DNA of 47,572 nt from Gammaproteobacteria bacterium (GCA_016124415.1 WGNS01000059.1:1-47572); one strand, 5' to 3'. Counted from the stretch's first letter, positions 28,818 to 38,990 are shown. Program-made: numbers and translations. Notes: a model not told the origin generated them from the sequence alone.

Positions 28818-30031
28818 AGATGTGGGTACGTATCGCGACGCCTCTGGCCGTAACGGCCGCGGGGCTGGCGGCGGGAATGGTGCTGATGGCAACCGGGCCC
28901 AAAACGGAGCGGAAACGACCGCCGCCGGTGGTGCCCGTCGTCGAGGCCATGACGGTTGTCGAACAGGACTATCCGATCAAGATCCGGAGCCGGGGCACCG
29001 TGTCGCCGCGCACCCAAAGCACGTTGATCCCCGAGGTCTCGGGCCGCATTGTCAAGGTCTCGCCGGCCTTGCGCAGCGGCGGTTTCTTTGAAAAGGGCGA
29101 AGAGCTGCTGCACATCGATTCCACCGACTACGACAATGCGGTCGTCATCGCCCGCGCCGATCTCGCCAAGGCAAGATTGACGCTGGCGCAGGAGGAAGCC
29201 CAGGCCGATCAGGCCCGCCGCGATTGGGAGCGCCTCGCCCCCAACGAACGGCCCTCCGCCCTGGTCGTGCGCCAACCCCAGGTGGATAGCGCACGCGCCG
29301 AGGTCGCGGCGGCGGAGGCGAGGCTTGCCCAGGCCGAGACCGATCTGGCGCGGACCCGTATCTTGGCGCCTTACGCCGGACGGGTCCTGCAGAAACAGGT
29401 CGATGTGGGACAGTATGTGTCGCCGGGAACCGTGGTGGCGACGATCTACGCGGTGGATTACGTCGAGATCCGTTTGCCTTTGACCGACAATCAGGTCGGT
29501 TTCGTGGATCTGCCCGAACAGTATCGCGGCAGCCCTTCCGGCATGCCCGCCGAAAAGGGGGCGGCGGTGACGTTGACGGCGATAATCGGCCAGGATCGGT
29601 ATGGCTGGCATGGTCGTCTGGTCAGGACCGACGGCGCGATCGATACCGCGAACCGGCAGTTGTTCGTGGTGGCCCAGGTCGATGATCCCTATGCCCGTCA
29701 CGGATCTGAGCCACCGCTCAAGGTCGGTCAATTCGTCGAGGCCGAGATAGACGGGCGTGTGTTGCGCCATGTCTTCGTACTGCCGCGATCCATCCTGGAG
29801 CCCGGAGACAAGGTGCTCGTGATCGACGATCAACACCGCTTGCAGCGCCGCCCGGTAGAGGTACGGTGGCGGGATGGCGAAAACGTTGTCGTCACCAGCG
29901 GCCTCAGCGCCGGAGAACGCGTGTCCCTGACGGCGATGGTTTTCGCCGCCGAAGGAACGGTCGTACGCGTTCAGGGTGAAGAGACATTGTCGCAAGACGG
30001 AATGAAGCCCGCTTCGAGGAAGGGAGGCTAA
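28814..30031 (+). CDS. RND periplasmic adaptor (membrane fusion protein)
   Basis: N-terminal TM, PEVSGRI, coiled-coil hairpin and RTRILAPYAG..VDVGQYV; ATGA overlap with the upstream gene. Confidence 0.92.
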   Translation: MKMWVRIATPLAVTAAGLAAGMVLMATGPKTERKRPPPVVPVVEAMTVVEQDYPIKIRSRGTVSPRTQSTLIPEVSGRIVKVSPALRSGGFFEKGEELLHIDSTDYDNAVVIARADLAKARLTLAQEEAQADQARRDWERLAPNERPSALVVRQPQVDSARAEVAAAEARLAQAETDLARTRILAPYAGRVLQKQVDVGQYVSPGTVVATIYAVDYVEIRLPLTDNQVGFVDLPEQYRGSPSGMPAEKGAAVTLTAIIGQDRYGWHGRLVRTDGAIDTANRQLFVVAQVDDPYARHGSEPPLKVGQFVEAEIDGRVLRHVFVLPRSILEPGDKVLVIDDQHRLQRRPVEVRWRDGENVVVTSGLSAGERVSLTAMVFAAEGTVVRVQGEETLSQDGMKPASRKGG

Positions 30032-30036
30032 GTCCC

Positions 30037-33000
30037 ATGCAGGGCATGATCGCCTGGTTCGCGCGCAACGACGTCGCCGCCAATCTGCTGATGATCATCA
30101 TCATCGCGGTCGGCGCCTGGTCGGCGTTCGACCGGATCCCGCTTGAGGTTTTTCCTGAGTTTGAGCGGGATGTCGTTACGATCTCCATGACCTATCGCGG
30201 CGCCACGCCGGCGGAGGTCGAGGAATCGCTCGTGGTCCGGATCGAAGAGGCCGTTGGGGATCTGGAAGGCATCAAGCAGATTCTGTCTAACGCCAACGAG
30301 GGTGTTGCCCGTATTCGCGTCGAGCTTGAGAAGGGTCGTGACGCTCGAGCTTTGCTCGATGATATCAAGACCCGTGTAGACGCTATTACGACGTTCCCCG
30401 ACGATGCCGAACGGCCGACTTACAGTGTCGTCCTGTTTCGGCGCGGCGTGATCAACGTCGTCGTTTCCGGCGACCTGCCCGAGGCCGAGCTGCGTATCTT
30501 GACCCAGAGGGTGCGCGATGACGTTGCCGCGCTGCCCGACGTCAGCCTGGCCGAGATGAGTACGACCCGGGCCCCGGAGATTTCAATCGAGGTCAGCGAA
30601 AAGGCCCTGGATCACTATGGCTTGACCTTCGACGCCGTCGTCAATGCGGTGCGTCGTTCTTCGGTCGATCTGCCTGCGGGTTCGATCCGCACGTCCGGCG
30701 GAGAGATCCTGTTGCGCACAAAGGGCCAAGCCTATACCGGCCCGGATTTCGCCAAGATCGCCATTCGTACCCGCCCGGACGGCACTCGGTTGACCGTCGG
30801 CGAGGTTGCGACGGTGCACGACGGCTTCGAGGACGAACCCGTATTCACGACTTACAACGGCAGGCGGGCGATGCAAATCGAGGTCTATCGGGCCGGCGAT
30901 CAAAGCGCGCTGAATATCGGGCGCGCCGTCAAGGCCTTCGTTGCCTCGGCCAAGTCGCGGATGCCGCCGGGCGTTTCGATCGACTACGCCCATGATCGTT
31001 CGCGTATCGTTCAACTGCGCCTGAATACCCTTGTCACCAGCGCCTGGCAGGGCGGTTTGCTGGTGTTTCTGATTCTCGCGATGTTCCTGCGCATGTCGGT
31101 CGCGCTCTGGGTCTGCGTGGGTATCCCGATCAGTTTCATGGGCGCGCTGGCCCTGATGCCGTCGCTGGGCATCACGATCAACATCATCAGTCTGTTCGCC
31201 TTCATCCTCGTGCTGGGTATCGTCGTCGACGACGCCATCGTGACGAGCGAGAACATCTATAGCCACCTGAAGCGGGCCGAAAATCCAGTCGGCGCAGCCG
31301 TGCGCGGCGCCCAGGAGGTGGCCGTGCCGGTGACCTTCGGTGTGTTGACCACCGTTGCGGCGTTTTTGCCGTTGATCTTTATGGAAGGACAGCGTGGCCC
31401 CATTTTCGCGCAGATCCCCATGGTCGTGATTCCGGTGTTGCTGTTTTCCTGGGTCGAGTCGAAGTTGATCCTGCCGGCCCACATGAGGCATGTTCGCGTC
31501 GATCCGGATCCCAATGCAGGACCTGCCTATGAGCGTCTGCAGCGAAGGATGGCCGACGGTTTGGAAAACTGGGTGGCGCGGGTTTATCAGCCTTTCCTGG
31601 ATCGCCTATTGCGGCATCGATACCTGACGCTTGCGGTTTTCGTGGCGGTCTCGTTCGTGATCATCAGCTTCGTCCTCAGCGGGCGCTACGGATTCACGTT
31701 CTTCCCACGCGTGCAGAGCGAGACCGCACGTGCGACGCTGGTCATGCAGACGGGGACGGCCGAGGAGGTGACGGAGCGGCATCTCAAACGTATCGAGGAC
31801 GTCGCCAAGACCCTGCAGGAAAAATATGTCGACGGTCAGGGACACTCTCTGATCAAAAATATTACCGTGGACATGGGGTCGGCCGGTGGGTCGGGCGGGC
31901 AGCCGAGTTCGGGGGGCAGTTCGGAATTGGGCCGGGTCAGCCTGGAGCTCATGCCGCCCGAGGAGCGCAAGATCGACGTCACGACGTCGGCTATCGTGAC
32001 CGACTGGCGCAAACAGATCGGCACCATTCCCGGCGCGAAGGAACTGAACTTCCGCGCCGAGATCGGCCGCGGCGGAGACCCGATCGACGTTCAGCTTTCA
32101 GGACAGGACTTCGCCGTGTTGGCCAAGGTGTCCGAAGCGGTACGCAAGCGGCTTGCCGAATATCCTGGCATTTTTGACATTCAGGACAGCTTCGACGAGG
32201 GCAAGCCCGAAATCAAACTGACCATGCGTCCCGAGGCGGAGCTGCTCGGGTTGTCGGCGACCGATCTCGGCAGTCAGGTGCGTCAGGCGTTCTTCGGCGC
32301 GGAGGCGCAGCGTATTCAGCGCGAGCGGGACGACGTCCGCGTCATGGTGCGTTATCCCGAATCGGAGCGGCGTTCTGTCAGTAGTCTCGACACGATGCGG
32401 ATCCGGACCGCCGACGGTACCGAAGTGCCCTTCGGCAATGTCGCCGAGGTCAAAATGGGGCAGGGCTTTTCCACGATCCGTCGTGTCGACCGGCAGCGCG
32501 TCGTTGACGTCACGGCCGACATGGACAAGGAACATACCGATGCCCGCCAGGTCGTCGCCGACCTGACGCGCTTCCTCGACGATTTGTTGGTGCAGTATCC
32601 GGGGGTGCGCTATAGCATGGAAGGCGAACAGCGTGAGCAGCGGGAATCCTTCCACAGCCTGATGCTCGGCACCGCCTTCGCCTTGTTCTCGATCTACGCG
32701 TTGCTGGCGATTCCGTTCCGTTCCTATTCGCAACCCATCGTGGTCATGCTCGTGATTCCGTTCAGTATTGTCGGCGCCCTTTTGGGGCACATGATCATGG
32801 GCATGAATCTGAGCCTCATGAGTCTCATGGGCATCCTGGCGCTTGCGGGCGTCGTGGTCAACGACAGCCTTGTGCTCGTCGATTGGGTCAACCGCAGCCG
32901 ACGGGCGGGTATGGCGCTGATGGACGCCTTGCGTACGGCGGGGGTATCCCGCTTCCGGCCTATTCTGCTGACCTCGCTAACGACCTTCGCGGGACTTACG

Positions 33001-33180
33001 CCGTTGCTGCTCGAAAAGAGTACCCAGGCCCAGTTCCTGATCCCGATGGCGGTGTCCTTGGGCTTCGGAATTCTCTATGCCACGCTACTGAGCCTGCTGT
33101 TGGTCCCCGTCGGTTATCTGATCCTCGAGGATCTGTTGGGCTTGTTCCGGCGCAGTTCCGTCCCCATGATAGAGACTTGA
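30037..33180 (+). CDS. RND efflux permease (AcrB/AcrD/AcrF family)
   Basis: 1047 aa. GIVVDDAIV, RFRPILLTSLTT and two large periplasmic loops. Confidence 0.94.
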   Translation: MQGMIAWFARNDVAANLLMIIIIAVGAWSAFDRIPLEVFPEFERDVVTISMTYRGATPAEVEESLVVRIEEAVGDLEGIKQILSNANEGVARIRVELEKGRDARALLDDIKTRVDAITTFPDDAERPTYSVVLFRRGVINVVVSGDLPEAELRILTQRVRDDVAALPDVSLAEMSTTRAPEISIEVSEKALDHYGLTFDAVVNAVRRSSVDLPAGSIRTSGGEILLRTKGQAYTGPDFAKIAIRTRPDGTRLTVGEVATVHDGFEDEPVFTTYNGRRAMQIEVYRAGDQSALNIGRAVKAFVASAKSRMPPGVSIDYAHDRSRIVQLRLNTLVTSAWQGGLLVFLILAMFLRMSVALWVCVGIPISFMGALALMPSLGITINIISLFAFILVLGIVVDDAIVTSENIYSHLKRAENPVGAAVRGAQEVAVPVTFGVLTTVAAFLPLIFMEGQRGPIFAQIPMVVIPVLLFSWVESKLILPAHMRHVRVDPDPNAGPAYERLQRRMADGLENWVARVYQPFLDRLLRHRYLTLAVFVAVSFVIISFVLSGRYGFTFFPRVQSETARATLVMQTGTAEEVTERHLKRIEDVAKTLQEKYVDGQGHSLIKNITVDMGSAGGSGGQPSSGGSSELGRVSLELMPPEERKIDVTTSAIVTDWRKQIGTIPGAKELNFRAEIGRGGDPIDVQLSGQDFAVLAKVSEAVRKRLAEYPGIFDIQDSFDEGKPEIKLTMRPEAELLGLSATDLGSQVRQAFFGAEAQRIQRERDDVRVMVRYPESERRSVSSLDTMRIRTADGTEVPFGNVAEVKMGQGFSTIRRVDRQRVVDVTADMDKEHTDARQVVADLTRFLDDLLVQYPGVRYSMEGEQREQRESFHSLMLGTAFALFSIYALLAIPFRSYSQPIVVMLVIPFSIVGALLGHMIMGMNLSLMSLMGILALAGVVVNDSLVLVDWVNRSRRAGMALMDALRTAGVSRFRPILLTSLTTFAGLTPLLLEKSTQAQFLIPMAVSLGFGILYATLLSLLLVPVGYLILEDLLGLFRRSSVPMIET

Positions 33181-33202
33181 CCGGCGTTTTACGTCACTTC
33201 CA

Positions 33203-33241
33203 TGCCTCACGAAGGGGCATTTAACGCACTAAATTGGTCGG
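33203..33241 (+). promoter_or_regulatory. Tandem NtrC-like enhancer sites
   Basis: TGCCTCACGAAGGGGCA (33203-19) and CGCACTAAATTGGTCGG (33225-41), offset by 22 bp, compared with the consensus TGCACCA-N3-TGGTGCA. Confidence 0.45.
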
Positions 33242-33359
33242 AATTTGGTGTGCCTTAAGCACCTTTTAATCCTTCAAAGCGTCTATAGCATTAAGTAGCG
33301 TCGAGGTCGTCACGGTTTTTCATGCGATTTGGCGGCCGGTCCCCAGGATTTGCGGTGAC

Positions 33360-33375
33360 TGGCCCATTTTTTGCT
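33360..33375 (+). promoter_or_regulatory. Sigma54 (-24/-12) promoter
   Basis: TGGCCCATTTTTTGCT: GG-N10-GC with TTGC at -12. Confidence 0.65.
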
Positions 33376-33555
33376 GGCCCTTGATTGTAACTTATGTCAT
33401 GACGCGTTCATGGCCATCGATTAACCTTTGGAGGCCGCTGAGCCATTTTTGAGCCAACGCTTTGGACGAAAAGGGATCATTCTCCGCGTGGTGAATTGGC
33501 GCCCTCTTCATTCGATTCAGGATCGACATCGAAAACGTTCTGAATTTCCAAGCTG

Positions 33556-35166
33556 ATGACGAAGATCAATATGTCTGCCGAGATTTCAATGATAGCCACA
33601 TCAGAAACATCGCTTTCTGCCGAAGTCGCCGAGATTATCCTCGATGCGGTTCAATTGGCTGCAACATCCCCTGATATAGAGATGACCGTCGGCGGGATCT
33701 TGCGCCTATTGGATGAACGTTTGAGCCTGACCAAGGGGCGCGTGTTGCAGAAGGATTTCACGGACGGACACCTGCACGTCAGTTATGCCCATGGTTTGAG
33801 CCGGAGCGAGATCGAACAGGCGGTATACGCCGTCGGCGAGGGACTCACCGGTCGCATCTTCAAGACGGGGAAAAGCGTCGTCGTCTCGGAGACGGGGCAG
33901 GCCGTGGATTTCGAGGCCGGCGCGCCCGTGAGGCCGGTCGGCAGGGACATCGCCTACATCGCCGTACCGATCCTCTGGAACGACGGCGTGGTCGGTGTGC
34001 TCGCCGCACAGTCGCCGCCCCGGACGGGCGAGGCGCTGTCGGTTGCGCATTACGTCATGCGGATCATGGCGGGATTGATCGGGCAGGTCCTGTGTATTCA
34101 TCGCATGGTCGCTGCCCAGATCCGCCAGTTGCGGCGCGAAAACGAGCGCTTGCGCCGGATGGATAGCGAGGTCGACGGTGCGGTTCACGGCATCGTAGGC
34201 AAGAGTCCGGCCTTGCGGCGTGCCCTGGCGGACGCGGCGAAAGCGGCCACCTCCAGTGCCACCGTCATGCTGATCGGCGAATCGGGCTGCGGTAAGGAGC
34301 GTTTTTCGCGCATGATTCACCTCGCCAGTGAACGCCGCGACGCGCCGTTCGTTTGCATCAATTGCGCGGCTATTCCGCACAACCTGCTCGAATCCGAATT
34401 GTTCGGTTACGAGAAGGGCAGCTTCACCGGCGCGACGACCACCCGAAAAGGTACCTTCGAGCAGGCGGCCGGCGGTACTTTGTTCCTGGACGAGATCGGG
34501 GACATGCCCGTCGATCTGCAGGCCAAGCTGCTCAGGGTGTTGCAGGAGCGGACCGTGCAGCGTATCGGCGGCAGCCAGGAGATCCCGGTCGACGTGCGCA
34601 TCATTTGCGCCACCAACCGGCAGATGGACGAAGCCATCAGGCGCGGCGACTTCCGGCTGGATCTCTATTACCGCCTCAACGTGCTGCCGATCCTGTTGCC
34701 GCCGCTCCGCGAGCGGGACGGGGACATCGAGCTGCTGTCGCTGTATTTCCTGGCCCGGTACAACCAAAAGCAGCGGCGCAATGTGACCTTTTCTTCGCCG
34801 GCGCTGAAGCGGCTTGAGGAATACGAGTGGCCGGGTAACGTGCGCCAGCTCGAGAATTTCATCGAACGGCTCGTCATCATGTCGGATGAAGAACTCATTA
34901 CGCCTGACGGGATCGATTCCATGATGCTCATGGAGACGCCGATTACGATCGAGGATCTCAAATCGGCGAATGACGACGAGATCGGTGCTGAATTCGAATG
35001 GCAGGACAACTACCGTCCCTATCGCCGTGTGCGTCACGACGATCGCGACGCAATCATTGATGCGATGAGAAAGGCCCAGGGTAACAAGACGCAGGCCGCT
35101 AAGCGCCTTGGGCTCAGCACTCGTCAGCTGCATTACCGCTTAAACAAGCTCAAGATCGAAAGCTGA
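33556..35166 (+). CDS. NifA-like sigma54 enhancer-binding protein (GAF + AAA+ + Fis HTH)
   Basis: GAF region (YAVGEGLTG, IAVPI), GESGCGKE, ESELFGYEKGSFTGA, LFLDEIGD, WPGNVRQL and HTH GNKTQAAKRLGLSTRQLHYR. Confidence 0.9.
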   Translation: MTKINMSAEISMIATSETSLSAEVAEIILDAVQLAATSPDIEMTVGGILRLLDERLSLTKGRVLQKDFTDGHLHVSYAHGLSRSEIEQAVYAVGEGLTGRIFKTGKSVVVSETGQAVDFEAGAPVRPVGRDIAYIAVPILWNDGVVGVLAAQSPPRTGEALSVAHYVMRIMAGLIGQVLCIHRMVAAQIRQLRRENERLRRMDSEVDGAVHGIVGKSPALRRALADAAKAATSSATVMLIGESGCGKERFSRMIHLASERRDAPFVCINCAAIPHNLLESELFGYEKGSFTGATTTRKGTFEQAAGGTLFLDEIGDMPVDLQAKLLRVLQERTVQRIGGSQEIPVDVRIICATNRQMDEAIRRGDFRLDLYYRLNVLPILLPPLRERDGDIELLSLYFLARYNQKQRRNVTFSSPALKRLEEYEWPGNVRQLENFIERLVIMSDEELITPDGIDSMMLMETPITIEDLKSANDDEIGAEFEWQDNYRPYRRVRHDDRDAIIDAMRKAQGNKTQAAKRLGLSTRQLHYRLNKLKIES

Positions 35167-35226
35167 AAGGAGACGTTTCCTTGTCGATGAGTTGATCCGA
35201 TCCTCATATTTCACTTCTCCCCCTTA

Positions 35227-35261
35227 GGGCCGGCCCCCCCAATATGCCGGCCCATTTTTTT
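35227..35261 (+). terminator. Rho-independent terminator after the NifA-like gene
   Basis: GGGCCGGC-N11-GCCGGCCC followed by ATTTTTTT. Confidence 0.7.
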
Positions 35262-35328
35262 CTGCGTCCTTTGCGCTTTCGGTGGTTCTTTTATAGAGTG
35301 GCCCTTTATAGCCATGGTCTGCACGGCA

Positions 35329-37155
35329 ATGCGAATTCATCTTTTATCCCCACAATTATCGAATCAGATCGCCGCAGGCGAGGTCGTCGAGCGTCCCGCG
35401 TCGGTGATCAAGGAACTCGTCGAGAACAGTCTCGACGCCGGCGCGCGCCAGATTCGGATTGAAGTCGAACAGGGCGGCCTGAAGCGACTCCAGGTTCGGG
35501 ACGACGGCGAAGGGATCGAGCGGGAAGACCTTCAGCTTGCCTTGAGCCGTCATGCCACGAGCAAGATCGAGTCGGTCGACGACCTCATGGCGATCGCGAC
35601 GCTGGGTTTTCGGGGCGAGGCGCTGCCGAGTATCGCGTCGGTCGCGGCCTTGACGCTGACCTCGCGTCGCCAGGGTTGCGATCATGGTTGGTCGTTGCGT
35701 TGCGAGGGTGACGTTCCACGCGACGAGCCGAGGCCCGCACCGCATCCGGTCGGGACGACCGTGGAAGTGCGCGACCTCTTTTTCAATGTGCCCGCGCGCC
35801 GCAAGTTTTTGCGCAACGAGCGCACGGAATTCAAGCACATCGAGGAGGTCGTCCGGCGCATGGCGCTGAGCCGGGACGGCGTTGCCTGGTCGTTGGTGCA
35901 CAACGGCCGGGGCGTGCTCGAAGTGCCCGCCTGCGATGATCACTGGTCTCCGGTTGCGCGTTTGGGGCAGTTGTTCGGACAGTCTTTCGCCGAGCAGATG
36001 ATCGGGATCGAGGCGGAAACCCAAAGCTTGTCGTTGCGCGGCTGGATCGGCTTGCCGACCTGTTCGCGGAGCCAGGCCGATATGCAGTACTTCTACGTCA
36101 ACGGCCGAATGGTTCGCGATCGCCTGATCAGTCATGCCTTGCGCCAAGCCTATCAGGACGTGCTCTATCACGGCAGGCATCCGATCTATGTCCTCTACCT
36201 CGAAATGCCGCCCGATGAGGTCGACGTCAACGTGCATCCCGGCAAACAGGAGGTACGCTTCCGCGAGTCGCGATCGATTCACGATTTCGTCGCCCGCCGT
36301 GTGACCGAGGCCATCGCCGATATCCGGCCCGAAGCGGAGGAGGCGGTATCTTATTTGTCGCCGGAGCCTTTACGCCCGACACAATACGTCTCGGGTGGAT
36401 ACACATCGGCCGCCATGCGAAGCCGTTCAGCCGGATTGCCGTTCGCGGGCGGGAGCGACGCGCCGCTTCGCGCTTACGAGGACTTGTATCGGAACGCAGG
36501 AATCGATCCGCTTGTAAGGCAGGATCCTGTGTCGGCGGCAGGGGTGGCCGATGAGGCCGAGCGTGACGAAGATCAGCCGCTCGGACGCGCCGTCGCTCAA
36601 ATTCACGGCGTTTACGTCATCGCCGAGAATGCGGCCGGCATGGCTTTGGTCGACATGCACGCGGCTCATGAGCGCATCACTTATGAGCGCATGAAGAGCA
36701 GCTTATCCGGCTCAGGGATCAGGCGTCAGCCTCTGTTGTTGCCTATTTCCATCACATTGACCACGCAGGAGGCGGATCTGGTCGAGAACGAGGATGAGTT
36801 GTTGCAGTCTCTCGGCCTCGTCGCGCGGCGACTCGGGCCGGATTCCGTTGCATTACACGAAGTGCCCGCCCTGCTCGCGGATGGGGATGTCGAGGCCTTG
36901 TTTCGGGATGTGATCGCCGATCTGCGCAGTCACGGTACGAGTGATCGGGTGGAGACGGAGCAGAACGCCATCCTGGCGCGCATGGCCTGTCACGGTTCGG
37001 TGCGCGCCAATCGACGCCTGAGTCTGGTCGAGATGGACGCCTTGCTCAGGGATCTGGAGCGCACCGAGCGTGGCGGGCAATGCAATCACGGTAGGCCGAC
37101 CTGGGTGCAGTTGGATATGCAGGAGCTGGACCGCATGTTCCTTCGCGGGCGCTAA
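35329..37155 (+). CDS. mutL: DNA mismatch repair endonuclease MutL
   Basis: NQIAAGEVVERPASVIKELVENSLDAG, GFRGEAL, DVNVHP, DMHAAHERITYE, ACH and CNHGRP. An alternative start lies at 35314. Confidence 0.97.
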   Translation: MRIHLLSPQLSNQIAAGEVVERPASVIKELVENSLDAGARQIRIEVEQGGLKRLQVRDDGEGIEREDLQLALSRHATSKIESVDDLMAIATLGFRGEALPSIASVAALTLTSRRQGCDHGWSLRCEGDVPRDEPRPAPHPVGTTVEVRDLFFNVPARRKFLRNERTEFKHIEEVVRRMALSRDGVAWSLVHNGRGVLEVPACDDHWSPVARLGQLFGQSFAEQMIGIEAETQSLSLRGWIGLPTCSRSQADMQYFYVNGRMVRDRLISHALRQAYQDVLYHGRHPIYVLYLEMPPDEVDVNVHPGKQEVRFRESRSIHDFVARRVTEAIADIRPEAEEAVSYLSPEPLRPTQYVSGGYTSAAMRSRSAGLPFAGGSDAPLRAYEDLYRNAGIDPLVRQDPVSAAGVADEAERDEDQPLGRAVAQIHGVYVIAENAAGMALVDMHAAHERITYERMKSSLSGSGIRRQPLLLPISITLTTQEADLVENEDELLQSLGLVARRLGPDSVALHEVPALLADGDVEALFRDVIADLRSHGTSDRVETEQNAILARMACHGSVRANRRLSLVEMDALLRDLERTERGGQCNHGRPTWVQLDMQELDRMFLRGR

Positions 37156-37275
37156 AAGTGCGCCTAAGGGCGTATCGCGGCGTTGGAAATAAGCTCAAAA
37201 TGCTCACGTACTTTAAATGTACGCTCCGCTTTTTCGCTGATTTCCGCCTTGCGCCACACCCTTAGGCGCACTTTT
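37154..37275 (+). repeat. ~120-bp palindromic element, copy 1 (RPE/MITE-like)
   Basis: Perfect 17-bp terminal IR AAAAGTGCGCCTAAGGG; core CAAAATGCTCACGTAC...GTACGCTCCGCTTTTTC; begins within the mutL stop codon. Confidence 0.88.
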
Positions 37276-37306
37276 CCGTAATAGAGACGGGTAGGGGCAT
37301 TCAGCG

Positions 37307-37903
37307 TCAGGTGCGGGCGAGTTCCAGGTAGCGTCGGTGTAGCGCTGCGACCTCGGTTTGCAGTTGTTCGAGGTCATCGTCGTTTCGGATGATGTCGTCG
37401 GCGCGGGCGCGCCGGGTCGCGTCGTCGATTTGGGCGGACATGATGCGGCGAATGGTGGTTTCGTCGAGACCGCTCCGGCCTTTGATCCGCTGTATCCGGG
37501 CCGAGACATCGGCGTCGACGACGAGGATCCGGTCCACCAGATCAGTCATGTTGGATTCGATCAACAAGGGTACGGCCAATATGCAATAAGCCCCTTTGGT
37601 CGCGGATACCTTGCGGAGCATTTCCCTGCGCACGAGGGGATGCAGGATGCCTTCGAGCTTGCGTCTGAGTTCGGGACGCTCAAAGACGCGTTCGCGGACG
37701 ACGGCGCGATTCAGCGCGCCTTCGTCCGTGATGACTTCGTCTCCGAAGATCGCGCGGATCCGGTCGAGCGCCGCCCCGCCGGGACCAGTAAGGTTATGGC
37801 TGATGACATCGGCATCGATTACGGGAATCCCGTGCGCCACAAACATCCGGGATACGGTCGACTTCCCGCTGCCGATACCCCCGGTCAAACCCACGATGAG
37901 CAT
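37307..37903 (-). CDS. coaE: Dephospho-CoA kinase
   Basis: GLTGGIGSGKST, IDAD, LHP and VPLLIE; sits downstream of pilD as is usual. Confidence 0.96.
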   Translation of the reverse strand: MLIVGLTGGIGSGKSTVSRMFVAHGIPVIDADVISHNLTGPGGAALDRIRAIFGDEVITDEGALNRAVVRERVFERPELRRKLEGILHPLVRREMLRKVSATKGAYCILAVPLLIESNMTDLVDRILVVDADVSARIQRIKGRSGLDETTIRRIMSAQIDDATRRARADDIIRNDDDLEQLQTEVAALHRRYLELART

Positions 37904-37990
37904 GACGTGATCCTGCGTATGGTCATGCGCGCATAGTCGGATTTTTCTCGGCAGCGGTCAACCGCCCCCAGGGTTTATAAAAACTCAGCG

Positions 37991-38109
37991 GAAGTGTGCC
38001 CGAGGGATGTAGCGCAAGGCGGAAAGGTCCGAAAAAGCGGAGCGTACTTTCTGTACGTGAGCATTTTGAGGGCGTTTCCAACGCCGCGATACGCCCTCCG
38101 GCACGCTTC
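37991..38109 (-). repeat. ~120-bp palindromic element, copy 2
   Basis: Same core as copy 1 on the minus strand; begins within the pilD stop codon. Confidence 0.88.
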
Positions 38110-38990
38110 TAATTTCCAAGCCCGGCCCAGTGGAGGTAGGCGTCTCTGATCTGCTGCCCCCATAGCAACGTTATCCAGCCCGCCATGGCCAGGTAGGGTC
38201 CGAAGGGGATTGGAATCTGGCGGTCGCGCCCCAGGATTGCGACCATGCTTACGCCGACCAGCGCGCCAAGTAGCGAAGAAGTCAGCACGATCGGGAACAA
38301 TCCTTGCCAGCCGGTCCAGGCGCCCAACAGGGCAAGCAGTTTGAAGTCGCCGTAGCCCATGCCTTCCTTGCCGGTCAGCAACCGGAAGCTATGGAATACC
38401 AGCCAAAGGCTCATATAGCCCGCGACTGCACCGACGATGGCGTCGTGCGAGTTGGTGAAAACGCCGAACAGACTGAGCGCGAGTCCCAGCCAAAGCAGAG
38501 GTAGAGTGATATTGTCGGGCAGGAGTTGGTGATCTGCGTCGATCACGGAAAGTGCAACGAGCGCCCAGGTCAGTATTGCCGCCGCTAGGGCTTGAGTGCC
38601 CGGGCCGTAGTGCCAGGCTACGGCTACGGTCAGTACGGCCGTCAGGGCTTCAACCGCCGGATAGCGCAAGGGGATGCGCATCTTGCACTCGGAGCAACGG
38701 CCGCGGAGCAACAGATAGGACAAGACTGGGATGTTTTCCCAGAAACGGATCTTGTGTCCGCAACCGGGGCAATGCGAAGCAGGGCGGCTGAGATCGAAAC
38801 GTTCTTCCTCTTCGGCTTCAGCCGGCTCGCGGCCTTCGAATTCCGCGCACTGTTTGCGCCACTGCCGTTCCATCATGACCGGAAGGCGCAGGATCACGAC
38901 GTTCAAAAAGCTGCCTACGATCAAACCGAGGACCGCGGCCAGACTAAGATAGACTTGGGGCTGTTCCTGGAGCAGCTCGATCGTTGTCAT
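38109..38990 (-). CDS. pilD: Prepilin peptidase/N-methyltransferase
   Basis: GSFLNVVI, two CxxC motifs, ID...QLLPD, GMGYGDFKL and PFGPYL. Confidence 0.96.
   Translation of the reverse strand: MTTIELLQEQPQVYLSLAAVLGLIVGSFLNVVILRLPVMMERQWRKQCAEFEGREPAEAEEEERFDLSRPASHCPGCGHKIRFWENIPVLSYLLLRGRCSECKMRIPLRYPAVEALTAVLTVAVAWHYGPGTQALAAAILTWALVALSVIDADHQLLPDNITLPLLWLGLALSLFGVFTNSHDAIVGAVAGYMSLWLVFHSFRLLTGKEGMGYGDFKLLALLGAWTGWQGLFPIVLTSSLLGALVGVSMVAILGRDRQIPIPFGPYLAMAGWITLLWGQQIRDAYLHWAGLGN

Noticed and set aside
33428-33556. Short TTG-start ORF whose TGA overlaps the NifA-like ATG
   Set aside because: Poor SD spacing, weak start codon and no recognisable composition.
33556-35166. Calling the activator nifA, or treating GSFTGA as an inactivating change
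   Set aside because: No nif genes are in the window, so the symbol is unsupported. GSFTGA also occurs in PilR here and is a functional variant.
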